From: an uncultured Alphaproteobacteria bacterium
GTDB lineage: Bacteria > Pseudomonadota > Alphaproteobacteria > RF32 > CAG-239
Length of the DNA stretch: 64,000 nt
Direction: 5' to 3'
Assembly (NCBI GenBank): GCA_944391415.1
Contig: CALXTM010000006.1
Coordinates: forward strand, 9,488 to 73,487
A program made the position numbers and the translations under genes. The notes below the pieces were generated by a model. The model was given only the letters and a program-made list of their open reading frames with translations, did not search any database and was not told the DNA's origin. This document shows positions 1-9,641 of the stretch, piece after piece. Each line of letters opens with the position of its first letter. The first letter of the stretch is position 1.

Positions 1-2549
1 ATATTATCTACTTCTTGCCGGGCAATATCTTCAGAATAGCCAGATGCCAGAATAACCGCAATTGATGGTAATTTTTCTTTTACCTTGTTGGTTAGTTGAG
101 CACCACTCATGCCTGGCATAACCATATCAGTTAAAAGCAAGTCAAAGGCAGAATCGTGTTCTAAAATGTCTAAAGCATTTTCGGCAGAGTTGCTGTCTAC
201 AACATCATAGCCTTTTTTCTTGAGTGCTCTGACGGCAAAAGCACGCACCGAATCTTCATCTTCAACAAACAAAATTCTGGCAGGATGACCATTTATGCCG
301 GCGGCCGAATGGGTACGGTCGATGGTGTTGGAAATGTTTAAGCCCATAATAATCTTTTGATTGATATTGGCAGGGGTGGAAAGAGTCTCTTGCACTTTGA
401 GAATGGTTTGTCCGGAACGACCGGTAACCACGGTTTTGGGTGATGATTCTGTTTCTTCATCGGGGCCGTTTTCAAAACGCGGCAGGTAAATGGAGAATGT
501 TGTGCCTTGTCCAAGGGTTGAATTTACGCGAATAAAGCCTTCGGTCTGACGGACAATGCCATAGACCATTGCAAGACCAAGACCTGTACCAGAGCCAACA
601 GTGTTTTCTTTGGTGGAGAAAAACGGATCAAAAATGCGGCTCAAATTTTCGGGGGGGATTCCACAACCGGTGTCTGTGACGTCGATTACCACAAAATCTC
701 CAGGATTGATGATATCATCTCCAAAGGCGTATTTCTCAGGCAGATAATAGGTATGGGTAGAAATGGTAAGTGTGCCGTTGCCGTTCATGGCATCTTTGGC
801 GTTGACAGCTAAATTGATGATGACTTGAGAAAATTGGTTGGGATCAACTTTGACATATCCGAGGTCGGATTCATGTTGAAATACCAGTTTGATTTTTTCA
901 CCAAGAATACGTTTCAGCATTTGGTTGAGGTCGGCAAAATTATCGGTGATGTCTATTAATTTCGGAATAAGCGGTTGTTTGCGTGAAAATGCCAATAATT
1001 GACGAACCAAGCTGGTGGCACGGTTGGCGTTTTGTTTAATTTGAATAAGGTCGGCAAAAGATGGGTCACCAACGCCATGGCGCTGTAATAAAAGGTCTGT
1101 AAAACCAATCATGGCGGTCAGTAGATTGTTGAAATCGTGAGCAACACCACCGGCTAATTGCCCGACAGCCTGCATCTTTTGGGCCTGTGCAAACTGAATT
1201 TCGAGATTCTTTTGTTTGGTGGCATCAATGACGTAGATTATGAAATCGGCTTTATCAAAATTTTGGTTTTGATGCAGGTTACGCAAAGCATTAATATATA
1301 AATTGAGTGTTTTGTTTTTGGTTTTGAGTTCAAGATTGAATGAACCAGAGCCAGCTTTGGCAAAAGCTGCTTCTATTTGCGATCGGTTTTTTGGTGCAAG
1401 GCGATTAAACAGGTTGATGGATGATTCGGCAGAATCGCTTATTTCAAAAAGTTCGGCTGCTTTGGGATTGGAATTGATAATTCGTCCGTCGGCAGAAATA
1501 AGAATCATACCAATCGGCGAATTGTTAAACAGCCAGTTTATTTCATCTAATGATTGCTCGACTTGTTTTTTTAGTTCGTCTGCGGATGGAAGTTGATGGA
1601 CTACGGCTCCGCGAAACATAATTTTTTCTTTTTCACGGTAGGCACTTTGAAAAACATAGGTCTCTTGCTCAATACCGTCTTTGTCCGTAAAACGAATGGG
1701 ACCAAACCAGTGATCTTGCTTGATGGGAATTACCGAATCGGCTGAGATAAATTCTTTGAGCGATTGACCGACAAATTGATGAGGCTGACGTCCTAAAAAT
1801 GCCGCCAAATCATTGTTGACATAGCTTAGGGTATAGGATTTGTCCATGCTATAAAGTCCAACCGGCAAATTATCCAAAAAATCGTGCAAGGAATTGCATT
1901 CTTCTCTGAAAACATAGTCCATGTTTTGTTTGGCAGTGATGTTATTTAGGCGCCAGTGAAAATAGGTTTCTTTTTTGATGCGTTTTACAGAAAAGGCTCC
2001 GTCAAATATTTTAGGCTTTTTGAGGTAGATTGGGTGTAAAGATATTTCAAAATATTCCAAATCGTTAAAAATACGGTCGCTTTGGTGCTTTAAGATGAGC
2101 GACAAAGTTACTTTTTCGGAGCAGAGGTTGCGCTTGGCTGTTTGCAGACGATAAAGAGCCGCGCGGTTGTCAGAACCTTCGGCCAAATATTTTTCAAGAA
2201 AAGACAGAATATCGGTGCGTTTTAATAAATCTTTTGCTGGTTCGTTTTCGATGATAATTTCACCTGATGGGTTTTCTATGCGAACGGCATTAGAATCATT
2301 GCGGATAATTTCGTTGGCAAAACCGCCATAGCTTATGGCCGCTTCTCCGGCAGTGAGAGTTTTTATGGCGGTAATGAGGCAATAAACAGTTATCACAGAG
2401 GTGGTTAGCGTGCTGTATAGTTGATGCTGCGGACATGAGAAAAACCAAATCAGACTTAGTGTAAGGGCAATTAATGCAAAAGCCAGGCGCAAAAGAGCGC
2501 TTTGCAAAATTTTATCTGGTCTATTGTTGATTCTTGAGCTGCATAACAT
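1..2549 (-). CDS. cckA: Hybrid sensor histidine kinase/response regulator, CckA-like (C-terminus runs off the left window edge)
   Basis: Own minus-strand translation; absent from the ORF track because no stop codon lies in the window. Two N-terminal hydrophobic helices and a PAS-like middle. H-box [22 protein letters not shown], HATPase motifs ([33 protein letters not shown]) and a receiver domain ([15 protein letters not shown]...[13 protein letters not shown]). First in-frame ATG at 2549 overlaps the flhB 3' end; an internal TTG at 2507 is an alternative start. Confidence 0.75.
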   Translation of the reverse strand, partial: MLCSSRINNRPDKILQSALLRLAFALIALTLSLIWFFSCPQHQLYSTLTTSVITVYCLITAIKTLTAGEAAISYGGFANEIIRNDSNAVRIENPSGEIIIENEPAKDLLKRTDILSFLEKYLAEGSDNRAALYRLQTAKRNLCSEKVTLSLILKHQSDRIFNDLEYFEISLHPIYLKKPKIFDGAFSVKRIKKETYFHWRLNNITAKQNMDYVFREECNSLHDFLDNLPVGLYSMDKSYTLSYVNNDLAAFLGRQPHQFVGQSLKEFISADSVIPIKQDHWFGPIRFTDKDGIEQETYVFQSAYREKEKIMFRGAVVHQLPSADELKKQVEQSLDEINWLFNNSPIGMILISADGRIINSNPKAAELFEISDSAESSINLFNRLAPKNRSQIEAAFAKAGSGSFNLELKTKNKTLNLYINALRNLHQNQNFDKADFIIYVIDATKQKNLEIQFAQAQKMQAVGQLAGGVAHDFNNLLTAMIGFTDLLLQRHGVGDPSFADLIQIKQNANRATSLVRQLLAFSRKQPLIPKLIDITDNFADLNQMLKRILGEKIKLVFQHESDLGYVKVDPNQFSQVIINLAVNAKDAMNGNGTLTISTHTYYLPEKYAFGDDIINPGDFVVIDVTDTGCGIPPENLSRIFDPFFSTKENTVGSGTGLGLAMVYGIVRQTEGFIRVNSTLGQGTTFSIYLPRFENGPDEETESSPKTVVTGRSGQTILKVQETLSTPANINQKIIMGLNISNTIDRTHSAAGINGHPARILFVEDEDSVRAFAVRALKKKGYDVVDSNSAENALDILEHDSAFDLLLTDMVMPGMSGAQLTNKVKEKLPSIAVILASGYSEDIARQEVDN

Positions 2550-3594
2550 AATTAATTACCTCGGCTACGGCTTTGAAATGTTCGGTCGGAATGGTTTGGT
2601 CAAGCTCGGTTGATGCAAACAAAGCTCTTGCCAAAGGAGGATTCTCAACAATCGGAACATCATTTTCCTCTGCGACAGATTTTATTCTGAGTGCTACGGT
2701 ATCAACACCTTTGGCCGTAACTTTCGGCGCAGGCATAGTGTTCATATCGTACTCTAATGCTACAGCATAATGGGTAGGGTTGACAATAACAACATCGGCC
2801 TTGGGGACATTTTCCATCATACGTTGGCGCGCACGCTCCATGCGAATTTGGCGGATTTTTGATTTGATGAGGGGGTCTCCTTCCATTTGTTTGTATTCTT
2901 CTTTTACTTCTTGTTTGGTCATGCGCAATTTTTGCAAATGAGAATATTTTTGCCAAGCGTAGTCACCGGCAGCTATTACCAAAACGGCAATAGTAACCGT
3001 AAATAACAGCAAAACAACAAGATGATGAATAAATTCCAAAATACCGTATTCCGACATGGTGGGGAGCAATTCGGCATCAGGAATATATGGTTGTAGGACT
3101 TTGTAGGCCAAAAAACTTACCACACTGATTTTGATGATGCCTTTTAGGCTTTCGACAATTTTTTGTTTGTTGATAAAATTGGGCAAGGCCGCAAATATAT
3201 TAAGTTTGTTCCAATTGGGCTCAAGCTTTTTGGGGGCATAGATAAATCCGGTTTGGCTGAGAGAGGCCAAAACACCCAAGACCATAAATGCCACAAACGG
3301 AATGGCCATCACTTTGAAAAAGCCAAAGATGCTTTGCTGCAAAAGAACCACAAAATTGCCGGCGTCGATATGAGTATTGCCGGAGCGCTCGATAAATGAT
3401 GCTCCAATGCGGCCAAGCCACTTAAACATAATGGGAATGAATAACCATACAATAAACAGCGAACCTAACAGAATAATAAAACTTTTGGCATCTTGGGATA
3501 TGGCAACATCACCTTCCTCTTTGGCTTTGGAAATTTTTCGTTCGGAAGGTTCTTCGGTTTTGGAGGCTTCATCTTCGTCTTCGGGGGCAACCAT
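2521..3594 (-). CDS. flhB: Flagellar type III export protein FlhB
   Basis: 357-aa ORF. Acidic N-terminus with KTEEPSERKISKAKEEGDVA, four TM segments, and the NPTH autocleavage motif (VIVNPTHYAVAL). Confidence 0.9.
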   Translation of the reverse strand: MVAPEDEDEASKTEEPSERKISKAKEEGDVAISQDAKSFIILLGSLFIVWLFIPIMFKWLGRIGASFIERSGNTHIDAGNFVVLLQQSIFGFFKVMAIPFVAFMVLGVLASLSQTGFIYAPKKLEPNWNKLNIFAALPNFINKQKIVESLKGIIKISVVSFLAYKVLQPYIPDAELLPTMSEYGILEFIHHLVVLLLFTVTIAVLVIAAGDYAWQKYSHLQKLRMTKQEVKEEYKQMEGDPLIKSKIRQIRMERARQRMMENVPKADVVIVNPTHYAVALEYDMNTMPAPKVTAKGVDTVALRIKSVAEENDVPIVENPPLARALFASTELDQTIPTEHFKAVAEVINYVMQLKNQQ

Positions 3595-3606
3595 GGTATG
3601 CGTCCT

Positions 3607-4362
3607 TTAGTTGGTGAAGAAGTAGAGCCCGTCGCCATAATAGTGGAAAAATACCAAAATTATGACCGGAACGGTTAAAAATAACATGCCAAGCCCTAAA
3701 TATATTTGCAGGGGAAGTGACAGAAAGAAAATATTGAGCTGGGGCATTAAACGAGATACCAGCCCCATGCCCGAATAAAAAATAATCGTAAACGCAATGA
3801 ACGGCGAGCCAAGTTTAAATCCAAAGGCAAAAGAACGGCTGATAGTTTGAATCAGATGTTGGGCAAAATCGCTCCAAGGAAGCGGTAGACCTGGTTTGAA
3901 AAGATAATAGCCTTCTATCAGTGCGCGAATCATCAGATGATGAATGTCGGTGACAAAAATGAAAGTTATGGCAATGATGCTTAAAAATGTTTCTATAAGC
4001 ATGGTTTGGGTTTGAAAGGCCGGATCAAACATTTGGGCATTGGAAAAACCAATGGCTTGCGAGGCAATTGATCCGGCAAAATTAAGCGCAAAAAATAAAA
4101 CTTGCATGATGATGCCAAGAAAAATTCCGGTGCTTATTTCGTTTAATATATAGTAAAGCATTTGGCTGAAATCTTTGGGAGCAGGCGGAAGAAGCGGCGA
4201 AATAACAGGTAGTAAAACGAGAGTGAGTGCCAAGGCAAAGACCAGACGAACTTGAACATTGACATAGGATGCGGAAAAACCGGGCATCAGCATAAAAACA
4301 GCCCCTATTCGCATGAATATCATCAGATAGTTATATAGTGTTATGTTGAATAATTCGGTCAT
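3607..4362 (-). CDS. fliR: Flagellar type III export protein FliR
   Basis: 251-aa polytopic membrane ORF between fliQ and flhB, with FliR-like sequence and size. Confidence 0.85.
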   Translation of the reverse strand: MTELFNITLYNYLMIFMRIGAVFMLMPGFSASYVNVQVRLVFALALTLVLLPVISPLLPPAPKDFSQMLYYILNEISTGIFLGIIMQVLFFALNFAGSIASQAIGFSNAQMFDPAFQTQTMLIETFLSIIAITFIFVTDIHHLMIRALIEGYYLFKPGLPLPWSDFAQHLIQTISRSFAFGFKLGSPFIAFTIIFYSGMGLVSRLMPQLNIFFLSLPLQIYLGLGMLFLTVPVIILVFFHYYGDGLYFFTN

Positions 4363-4376
4363 TTGCTATGGTCTCT

Positions 4377-4640
4377 TTAGCCGCCGGCAATCCTGGCAAA
4401 AAGTGATTCTGACAAGGTTTGCATTTGGTTAAACATAAACGGAAACAGCAACACCAAAGTTAAAAACACGCAAATAATCTTGGGAACAAAGGCTAACGTC
4501 ATTTCTTGAATTTGGGTAAGGGCCTGGAAAATACCAATGATGAGACCAACCGCAAGCGCTACGCCAATAACTGGTGTGACAACCTTTAACAAGGTAAAAA
4601 TGGCATCACGCGATATTTCAAAAATTTCTGCTTCGTTCAT
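4377..4640 (-). CDS. fliQ: Flagellar type III export protein FliQ
   Basis: 87-aa two-TM ORF with the QIQEMTLAFVPK motif typical of FliQ/YscS, directly upstream of fliR. Confidence 0.85.
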   Translation of the reverse strand: MNEAEIFEISRDAIFTLLKVVTPVIGVALAVGLIIGIFQALTQIQEMTLAFVPKIICVFLTLVLLFPFMFNQMQTLSESLFARIAGG

Positions 4641-4647
4641 CTAAAAT

Positions 4648-5805
4648 TTACTCCAAAGGATTTTGTTCTTCAAAATAACGATAATTTTCAACTCCGGTAA
4701 AGAAAATACCGTCAAAGCCTTCATTAACGATGTCCTTAAAATAACGTGAAATAATTTTTTGCCATTGAGGCTCCCAATATTTGACAATTATTGAATTAGG
4801 CGAGGAAAAAGAAGGGCGAACCAGCCATGAGGGGGTGCCAAGTTTCCAATCATTGTTCCAAAAATAATCATCGGGGGAGGCCTCGGAGACATTCATCGCG
4901 GCAATCAACAGACGCTTTGAACCGTTATGCTTAAAATGAAGACGTGATAAATCTTCAGCCGAAAAACGTTCTTTGTTGGCAAAAAGCGGGTTTATGATGA
5001 TAATATCATAATTGGTTTTAACCAGGTCTGATACCAAATCGTCTTTAGTGGCATAGCGGCTGTCGTCAATCAAAATAAGAATGTTTTGCGCATCTTTTAC
5101 GTTTTCGATGTTTTTGGCCGAATCGTTTAGACTATCATGATCTCCGATGTTGTTAAAAGCATCGGCCAACGAGGTAAAACCATAGGAGATTTTTTTATCG
5201 ATCATGGCACTGATATAAGCCGAATCAAGTGCATTTTGATCAGCGCAATTTTCGATGGTGATAAAACCCAAATTATGCCGTTTGCTGATATCGCTTTCTT
5301 TATTGTTGCCGCAATAGATGTTGTTGAGGGCTACAGCATCAACAGAATGAAGATACTCATAGGCTGCGGTGTAGGGTTTGGGATCTTGAAGTTTGGTGTC
5401 GTGCTTGAATAAAAACGAATCATCTGCTGCATTGTCGCTAAGACGTGCCCGGTTATAGCCTTCGCGGTCGTACTCCCACAGACTTTTGGTCAAAAGATCT
5501 TGTCCTTCATGAGCAATGATTTTGAAATCTTTGTTTTGCTCTTTGGCATAACGAATCAGCATAAGCAAATTGTCTCGCATGGCTGCGCGGTAATTGTATA
5601 TGCTGTCTGGAACCTCACTCAGATTAAGAATCCGCTCTTCTTTGGTGTAGGGATTGTAGTGATTAAATCCGTATAAACCGGCAACGGCGTCGGTTGTCAA
5701 CGTCGTTGCCATAAGAGTGGCTAAAACAGCTATTGGTTTGCACAATCTAAGTAACAACATCGGCTTGGTGTTTCCCCGTCCTTTCCGGAATTTCCGCAAC
5801 ATCAA
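4648..5805 (-). CDS. Secreted TM1410/GH114-like putative glycoside hydrolase family protein
   Basis: C-terminal half (YDIIIINP...RLLIAAMNVSEAS...YFWNNDW...VKYWEPQWQKII...GFDGIFFTGVENYRYFE) resembles the endo-alpha-1,4-polygalactosaminidase/TM1410 fold by eye. The signal peptide begins at the internal Met (MLLLRLCKPIAVLATLMA), so the likely start is 5760. Confidence 0.5.
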   Translation of the reverse strand: MMLRKFRKGRGNTKPMLLLRLCKPIAVLATLMATTLTTDAVAGLYGFNHYNPYTKEERILNLSEVPDSIYNYRAAMRDNLLMLIRYAKEQNKDFKIIAHEGQDLLTKSLWEYDREGYNRARLSDNAADDSFLFKHDTKLQDPKPYTAAYEYLHSVDAVALNNIYCGNNKESDISKRHNLGFITIENCADQNALDSAYISAMIDKKISYGFTSLADAFNNIGDHDSLNDSAKNIENVKDAQNILILIDDSRYATKDDLVSDLVKTNYDIIIINPLFANKERFSAEDLSRLHFKHNGSKRLLIAAMNVSEASPDDYFWNNDWKLGTPSWLVRPSFSSPNSIIVKYWEPQWQKIISRYFKDIVNEGFDGIFFTGVENYRYFEEQNPLE

Positions 5806-7366
5806 GAGCTATGTGCGCCAAAGGAGATACCATATCCAAGGGATTTTGCAAAATATCTTTGGCACAAAAGCGTTCCAAATAAACACGGATGGTCGCACCA
5901 GAAGAACCTGTGCCAGAAAGGCGATAAACAATGCGCGATCCATCGGTGAATCTTATTATCAGGCCGTTTTTGGTTGATGAGCCGTCAACCGGATCATGGT
6001 AGATGAAAGGAGCGGCATCGGAGACAATGAAATCGCCAAATGTCTTGCCGGATAATGACGGCAGTTTGCTTTCGAGGTCTGCCATAAGCTTATCGGCTAC
6101 GGCAGTATCAACTCCTTCAAAGTCAAAACGAATGTAGTAGCTGCGGCCATATTTTTTCCAGTGTTCAACAGTTATCTCTTCAACCGTTTTGCCGGTTGCT
6201 GCTAAAATATTGAGCCAGAATAAAACTGCCCAAATGCCGTCTTTTTCACGGATGTGAGATGAACCGGTGCCGAAACTTTCTTCCCCACAAAAAGTGATGC
6301 GTTTGGAATCCATAAGGTTGACAAAGTACTTCCATCCGGTCGGAACCTCATAATAGCCAATATTGTGGGCTTTGGCAACACGCGCAACTGCGGTGGAGGT
6401 TGCAGCTGATTTGGCAACTCCATAAATGCCGTCTTTATAATATGGTATGAGGTTGAAATTGTCGGTTAAAATGGCAAGACTGTCGTTGGGGGTAACAAAG
6501 AAACTTTTACCCAAGATCATGTTGCGGTCGCCGTCGCCGTCGTTGGCAGCCCCAAAGTCTGTGGCTTGATCAGAGAACATGAAATCGACCAAATCTTTGG
6601 CATAGACCAAATTGGGATCGGGATGTAATCCGCCAAAATCGGGCTTGGGAACGGCATTAACTACCGAGCCTTTGGCTGCGCCCAATAAATCCTCAAAAAT
6701 GGCAACGGCATAAGGGCCGGTAACGGCGTTCATGGCATCAAAGCGCATGGTAAAACCGTTGGCAAACATTTTTTTGATGGCGGCAAAGTCAAAAATCTTT
6801 TGCATCAGCTCAACATAGTCTTTGACCGGATCTATAACCTCGATTGACATGCCGCAGTATTCTTGAGTGCCAAGCTGTGACAAATCAACATCTGGTCCCA
6901 AACAAATTTTGTATTCGGAAATACTTATGGTTTGCTGATATATCTTGTCGCTTAGTTGGGCGGGAATTTGTCCGCCGGTCTCGTTGGAATATTTGATGCC
7001 AAAATCGCCATTAATGCCACCGGGATTGTGCGAGGCCGACAGAATAAAACCTCCGTTTAGTTTGTTTTGCAAAATAATGTTTGAGCCGGCAGGAGTGGAG
7101 ATAAAACCGTTTTGACCGATGATAAGTTTTTTGACACCATTGGCAGCTGCCATTTTGATGATTTTTTGAATAGCGATATCATTATAAAAACGACCGTCAC
7201 CGCCAAGTAAAAATACCTTGTCTTGTAAGTTGCTGATTACGTTGAAAATACTTTGCATAAAGTTTTCAATATAATTTTCCTGCATGACAACTTTGGATTT
7301 GCGGCGCAAACCGGCCGTTCCCATTTTTTGATCCGTGTAGGGGTGGGTCTTTACGGTGGTAATCAT
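5747..7366 (-). CDS. pgm: Phosphoglucomutase (alpha-D-glucose phosphate-specific)
   Basis: 539-aa ORF with the active-site phosphoserine loop SASHNPGG, metal loop DGDGDRN and sugar loop GEESFG. Confidence 0.9.
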   Translation of the reverse strand: MITTVKTHPYTDQKMGTAGLRRKSKVVMQENYIENFMQSIFNVISNLQDKVFLLGGDGRFYNDIAIQKIIKMAAANGVKKLIIGQNGFISTPAGSNIILQNKLNGGFILSASHNPGGINGDFGIKYSNETGGQIPAQLSDKIYQQTISISEYKICLGPDVDLSQLGTQEYCGMSIEVIDPVKDYVELMQKIFDFAAIKKMFANGFTMRFDAMNAVTGPYAVAIFEDLLGAAKGSVVNAVPKPDFGGLHPDPNLVYAKDLVDFMFSDQATDFGAANDGDGDRNMILGKSFFVTPNDSLAILTDNFNLIPYYKDGIYGVAKSAATSTAVARVAKAHNIGYYEVPTGWKYFVNLMDSKRITFCGEESFGTGSSHIREKDGIWAVLFWLNILAATGKTVEEITVEHWKKYGRSYYIRFDFEGVDTAVADKLMADLESKLPSLSGKTFGDFIVSDAAPFIYHDPVDGSSTKNGLIIRFTDGSRIVYRLSGTGSSGATIRVYLERFCAKDILQNPLDMVSPLAHIALDVAEIPERTGKHQADVVT

Positions 7367-7462
7367 TATCTCTCCTTGGATAAAATGGTTGAAGCATAAA
7401 ATAAATTATGCTTGGTAATTTATCATCCCAAGGGGCTAAAAACAAGAATTATGACAAAGTTA

Positions 7463-8257
7463 TCAGCATGGTTTGGCAAAAATAAATTCGGCCAGAGAAT
7501 TAAGCTCCATTTTGGCGGCAAGATGCGATAAATTCATGCGGCGATGAAGTTTCTCATGGCTTAGATCCAAAACAGTAAGTCCGTCTAGAAACAATTCTTT
7601 GTAGATAACACGGTCTTTAAGACCCTGGCAAAACCTAAAACCATATAGTTTGGCAAGATTTTCCAACTTGGCAAAAACGGCTATCTTGTTATTGGAGCGA
7701 ATCGGCGATATTTTGTTGCCGCAAACAACCCAATTGAGATATGGCAAACCGTGGGCAGCCAGATATTTTTTTGTATCCCAGACAAATTCGGCATAGGGAC
7801 CTGGACGTATAATCTCGCCGCTGTCGGGGTCAATATCGGCAATGGAAGATAAATCAACCAAGCTGTCTCCTATCGGAGTTACAAGAGTGTGCGGGTATTT
7901 ATGCGCCTGTTCAAAAAGATAATTTTTGCTTCCGGGAGTATCAATGATTATGGCATCAAATTTTGCAGCCAAATCATTAATTAATGAATCTAACTCTTTG
8001 ATGTTGCTTTGATCATCACGAGGCTCAAAAATATAATGCAGCGGAATAGGCAGGCTTATTTGATGATTGTTGCAGAAACGACGCCTGTTTTCGATGTATT
8101 TGGAAAGAGAACATTGTCTGCCGTCAAGGTCAATGACAGCAATATTAAAATTTTCGTACATCAATTTGATGGCAAGGTGCATGGCAAGAGTTGATTTGCC
8201 GGTGCCGCCTTTTTCATTACCTATTACAACAATATGGGCTTTTGTGTTATCAGTCAT
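7463..8257 (-). CDS. mipZ: ParA-family division-plane positioning ATPase MipZ
   Basis: Deviant Walker A VVIGNEKGGTGKSTLAMHL followed by VIDLDGRQCSLSKYIENRR, matching the MipZ signature of alphaproteobacteria. Start overlaps the upstream carboxypeptidase stop (ATGACTGA). Confidence 0.75.
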   Translation of the reverse strand: MTDNTKAHIVVIGNEKGGTGKSTLAMHLAIKLMYENFNIAVIDLDGRQCSLSKYIENRRRFCNNHQISLPIPLHYIFEPRDDQSNIKELDSLINDLAAKFDAIIIDTPGSKNYLFEQAHKYPHTLVTPIGDSLVDLSSIADIDPDSGEIIRPGPYAEFVWDTKKYLAAHGLPYLNWVVCGNKISPIRSNNKIAVFAKLENLAKLYGFRFCQGLKDRVIYKELFLDGLTVLDLSHEKLHRRMNLSHLAAKMELNSLAEFIFAKPC

Positions 8258-9443
8258 GTTTTACCATTGCTATATTTTGTTGATCATCCGACGGAGCGGC
8301 TATGACAATACATGATTTGTTTGCTCTTTTCAAGCTGTAGCAAGTTTTATCCGCTTCATTTTTGGCAAATCCGGTCAACTGAGAACGATAAACAACTGCG
8401 GCGCCTTTGGAGGCAGGTTCAACTTTGATTTCGGTTTTTTGCGCATAGGGTAGATGAATTTGACTTTGAATGTCAAGCGCATAGTTGCGGGCTTTGATAT
8501 AATTGGAAAAAGCACCAATCTGAATGGCCCAGACAGATTGATTTGAATCTTGATTATTTTCAAGCGATGGAAGCTCAAGTTTGGCATACATGCGATGCGG
8601 TTTATCGGTGGTAGTGTTTAGTTTTTTAAGACCCGTATTCATCAGGCGCGCAACTTTGAGGTCGCGATCTTTTATGGTGTTGTGTCCCATTGTTACGGCA
8701 ATTACTCTGCGTCCGTTGCGTTCGGCCGAGGTGACAATATTGTAGCCGGCAGCCGACGTATAGCCGGTTTTCATGCCATCGGCTCCTTTGAATTTTTTGA
8801 GCAGATGGTTGTGAGTATAATAGGTTTTGCCGTTATGGGTAAATTTGGTGGTTGAAAATAGATCGTAATATTCAGGAAAATGATGATAAACGGCACTGGC
8901 CAGAATCGCCATGTCGCGAGCAGTGGTCTTTTGCTGACGATTGGGCAGGCCGGAAGCGTTTTTGAAAACGGTATTTTTCATGCCAAGGTCTTTGGCCGTT
9001 TTGGTCATGAGCTGGGCAAATTTTTCTTCTGATCCGCCAAGCGCTTCGGCCAAGACACTGGCACAGTCATTGGCTGATTTTATGATTAAGGCCAAAACAG
9101 CATCTTTGACGGTGATGGTACTGCCAGGTTTTAGCCCCAGACGAGAAGGTTCGCGGTTGGCGGCAAAACGTGAAACTTTGAGCTCTTCATCAAATTTCAA
9201 ATCGCCTTTTTCCAGTGCGCCAAAGGTGATGTAAAGGGTCATTAATTTGGTGAGTGATGCCGGATAGCGGCGCTCGTCGGCATTCGAGGCGGATATTACC
9301 TCGCCTGAGATGGCATCGATGACAATGGATGAAGTGGTGCGTTTGGCAGCGTGAGCCGAAAAACTTAAACTAACGCAGACAAACAAAAGGATATAAAATA
9401 AAACTCTTTTAGAAATAAAACTGATTTTCATCTTTATCACCAT
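8250..9443 (-). CDS. D-alanyl-D-alanine carboxypeptidase (S11, PBP5/6 type) with C-terminal SPOR domain
   Basis: SxxK (SLTKLMT), SxN (SANDCA) and KTG (KTGYT) motifs and a signal peptide. C-terminal WAIQIGAFSNYIKARNYA... is SPOR-like. The start may be the internal Met at 9431. Confidence 0.85.
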   Translation of the reverse strand: MVIKMKISFISKRVLFYILLFVCVSLSFSAHAAKRTTSSIVIDAISGEVISASNADERRYPASLTKLMTLYITFGALEKGDLKFDEELKVSRFAANREPSRLGLKPGSTITVKDAVLALIIKSANDCASVLAEALGGSEEKFAQLMTKTAKDLGMKNTVFKNASGLPNRQQKTTARDMAILASAVYHHFPEYYDLFSTTKFTHNGKTYYTHNHLLKKFKGADGMKTGYTSAAGYNIVTSAERNGRRVIAVTMGHNTIKDRDLKVARLMNTGLKKLNTTTDKPHRMYAKLELPSLENNQDSNQSVWAIQIGAFSNYIKARNYALDIQSQIHLPYAQKTEIKVEPASKGAAVVYRSQLTGFAKNEADKTCYSLKRANKSCIVIAAPSDDQQNIAMVKHD

Positions 9444-9524
9444 CAGGATATATTTTGATTTTTTTATGATAGATGAAAAAAGAAAATAAATTCTTAATAA
9501 GAAAAAATATTTTGTAAATTTAGC

Positions 9525-9553
9525 TTGACTTTGAGATAGTTTGCAATTAAAAA
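9525..9553 (+). promoter_or_regulatory. Candidate sigma70 promoter of tRNA-His
   Basis: TTGACT (9525-9530), 17-nt spacer, TAAAAA (9548-9553), about 10 nt upstream of the tRNA 5' end. Confidence 0.35.
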
Positions 9554-9563
9554 AGCTCGTGAC

Positions 9564-9641
9564 GGCGGATTTAGCTCAGTTGGTTAGAGCGCTGGTTTGT
9601 GGTACCAGATGTCGTGAGTTCGAGTCTCATAATCCGCCCCA
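9564..9641 (+). tRNA. tRNA-His (anticodon GTG) with encoded G-1 and CCA
   Basis: Hand-folded cloverleaf. Acceptor gcggatt/aatccgc, D arm gctc-agttggtta-gagc, anticodon arm ctggt-ttGTGgt-accag, T arm gtgag-ttcgagt-ctcat. Extra 5' G opposite discriminator C. Confidence 0.9.

Noticed and set aside
1303-1596. 97-aa plus-strand ORF
   Set aside because: It is antisense to the continuous CckA-like reading frame, whose kinase motifs are unambiguous.
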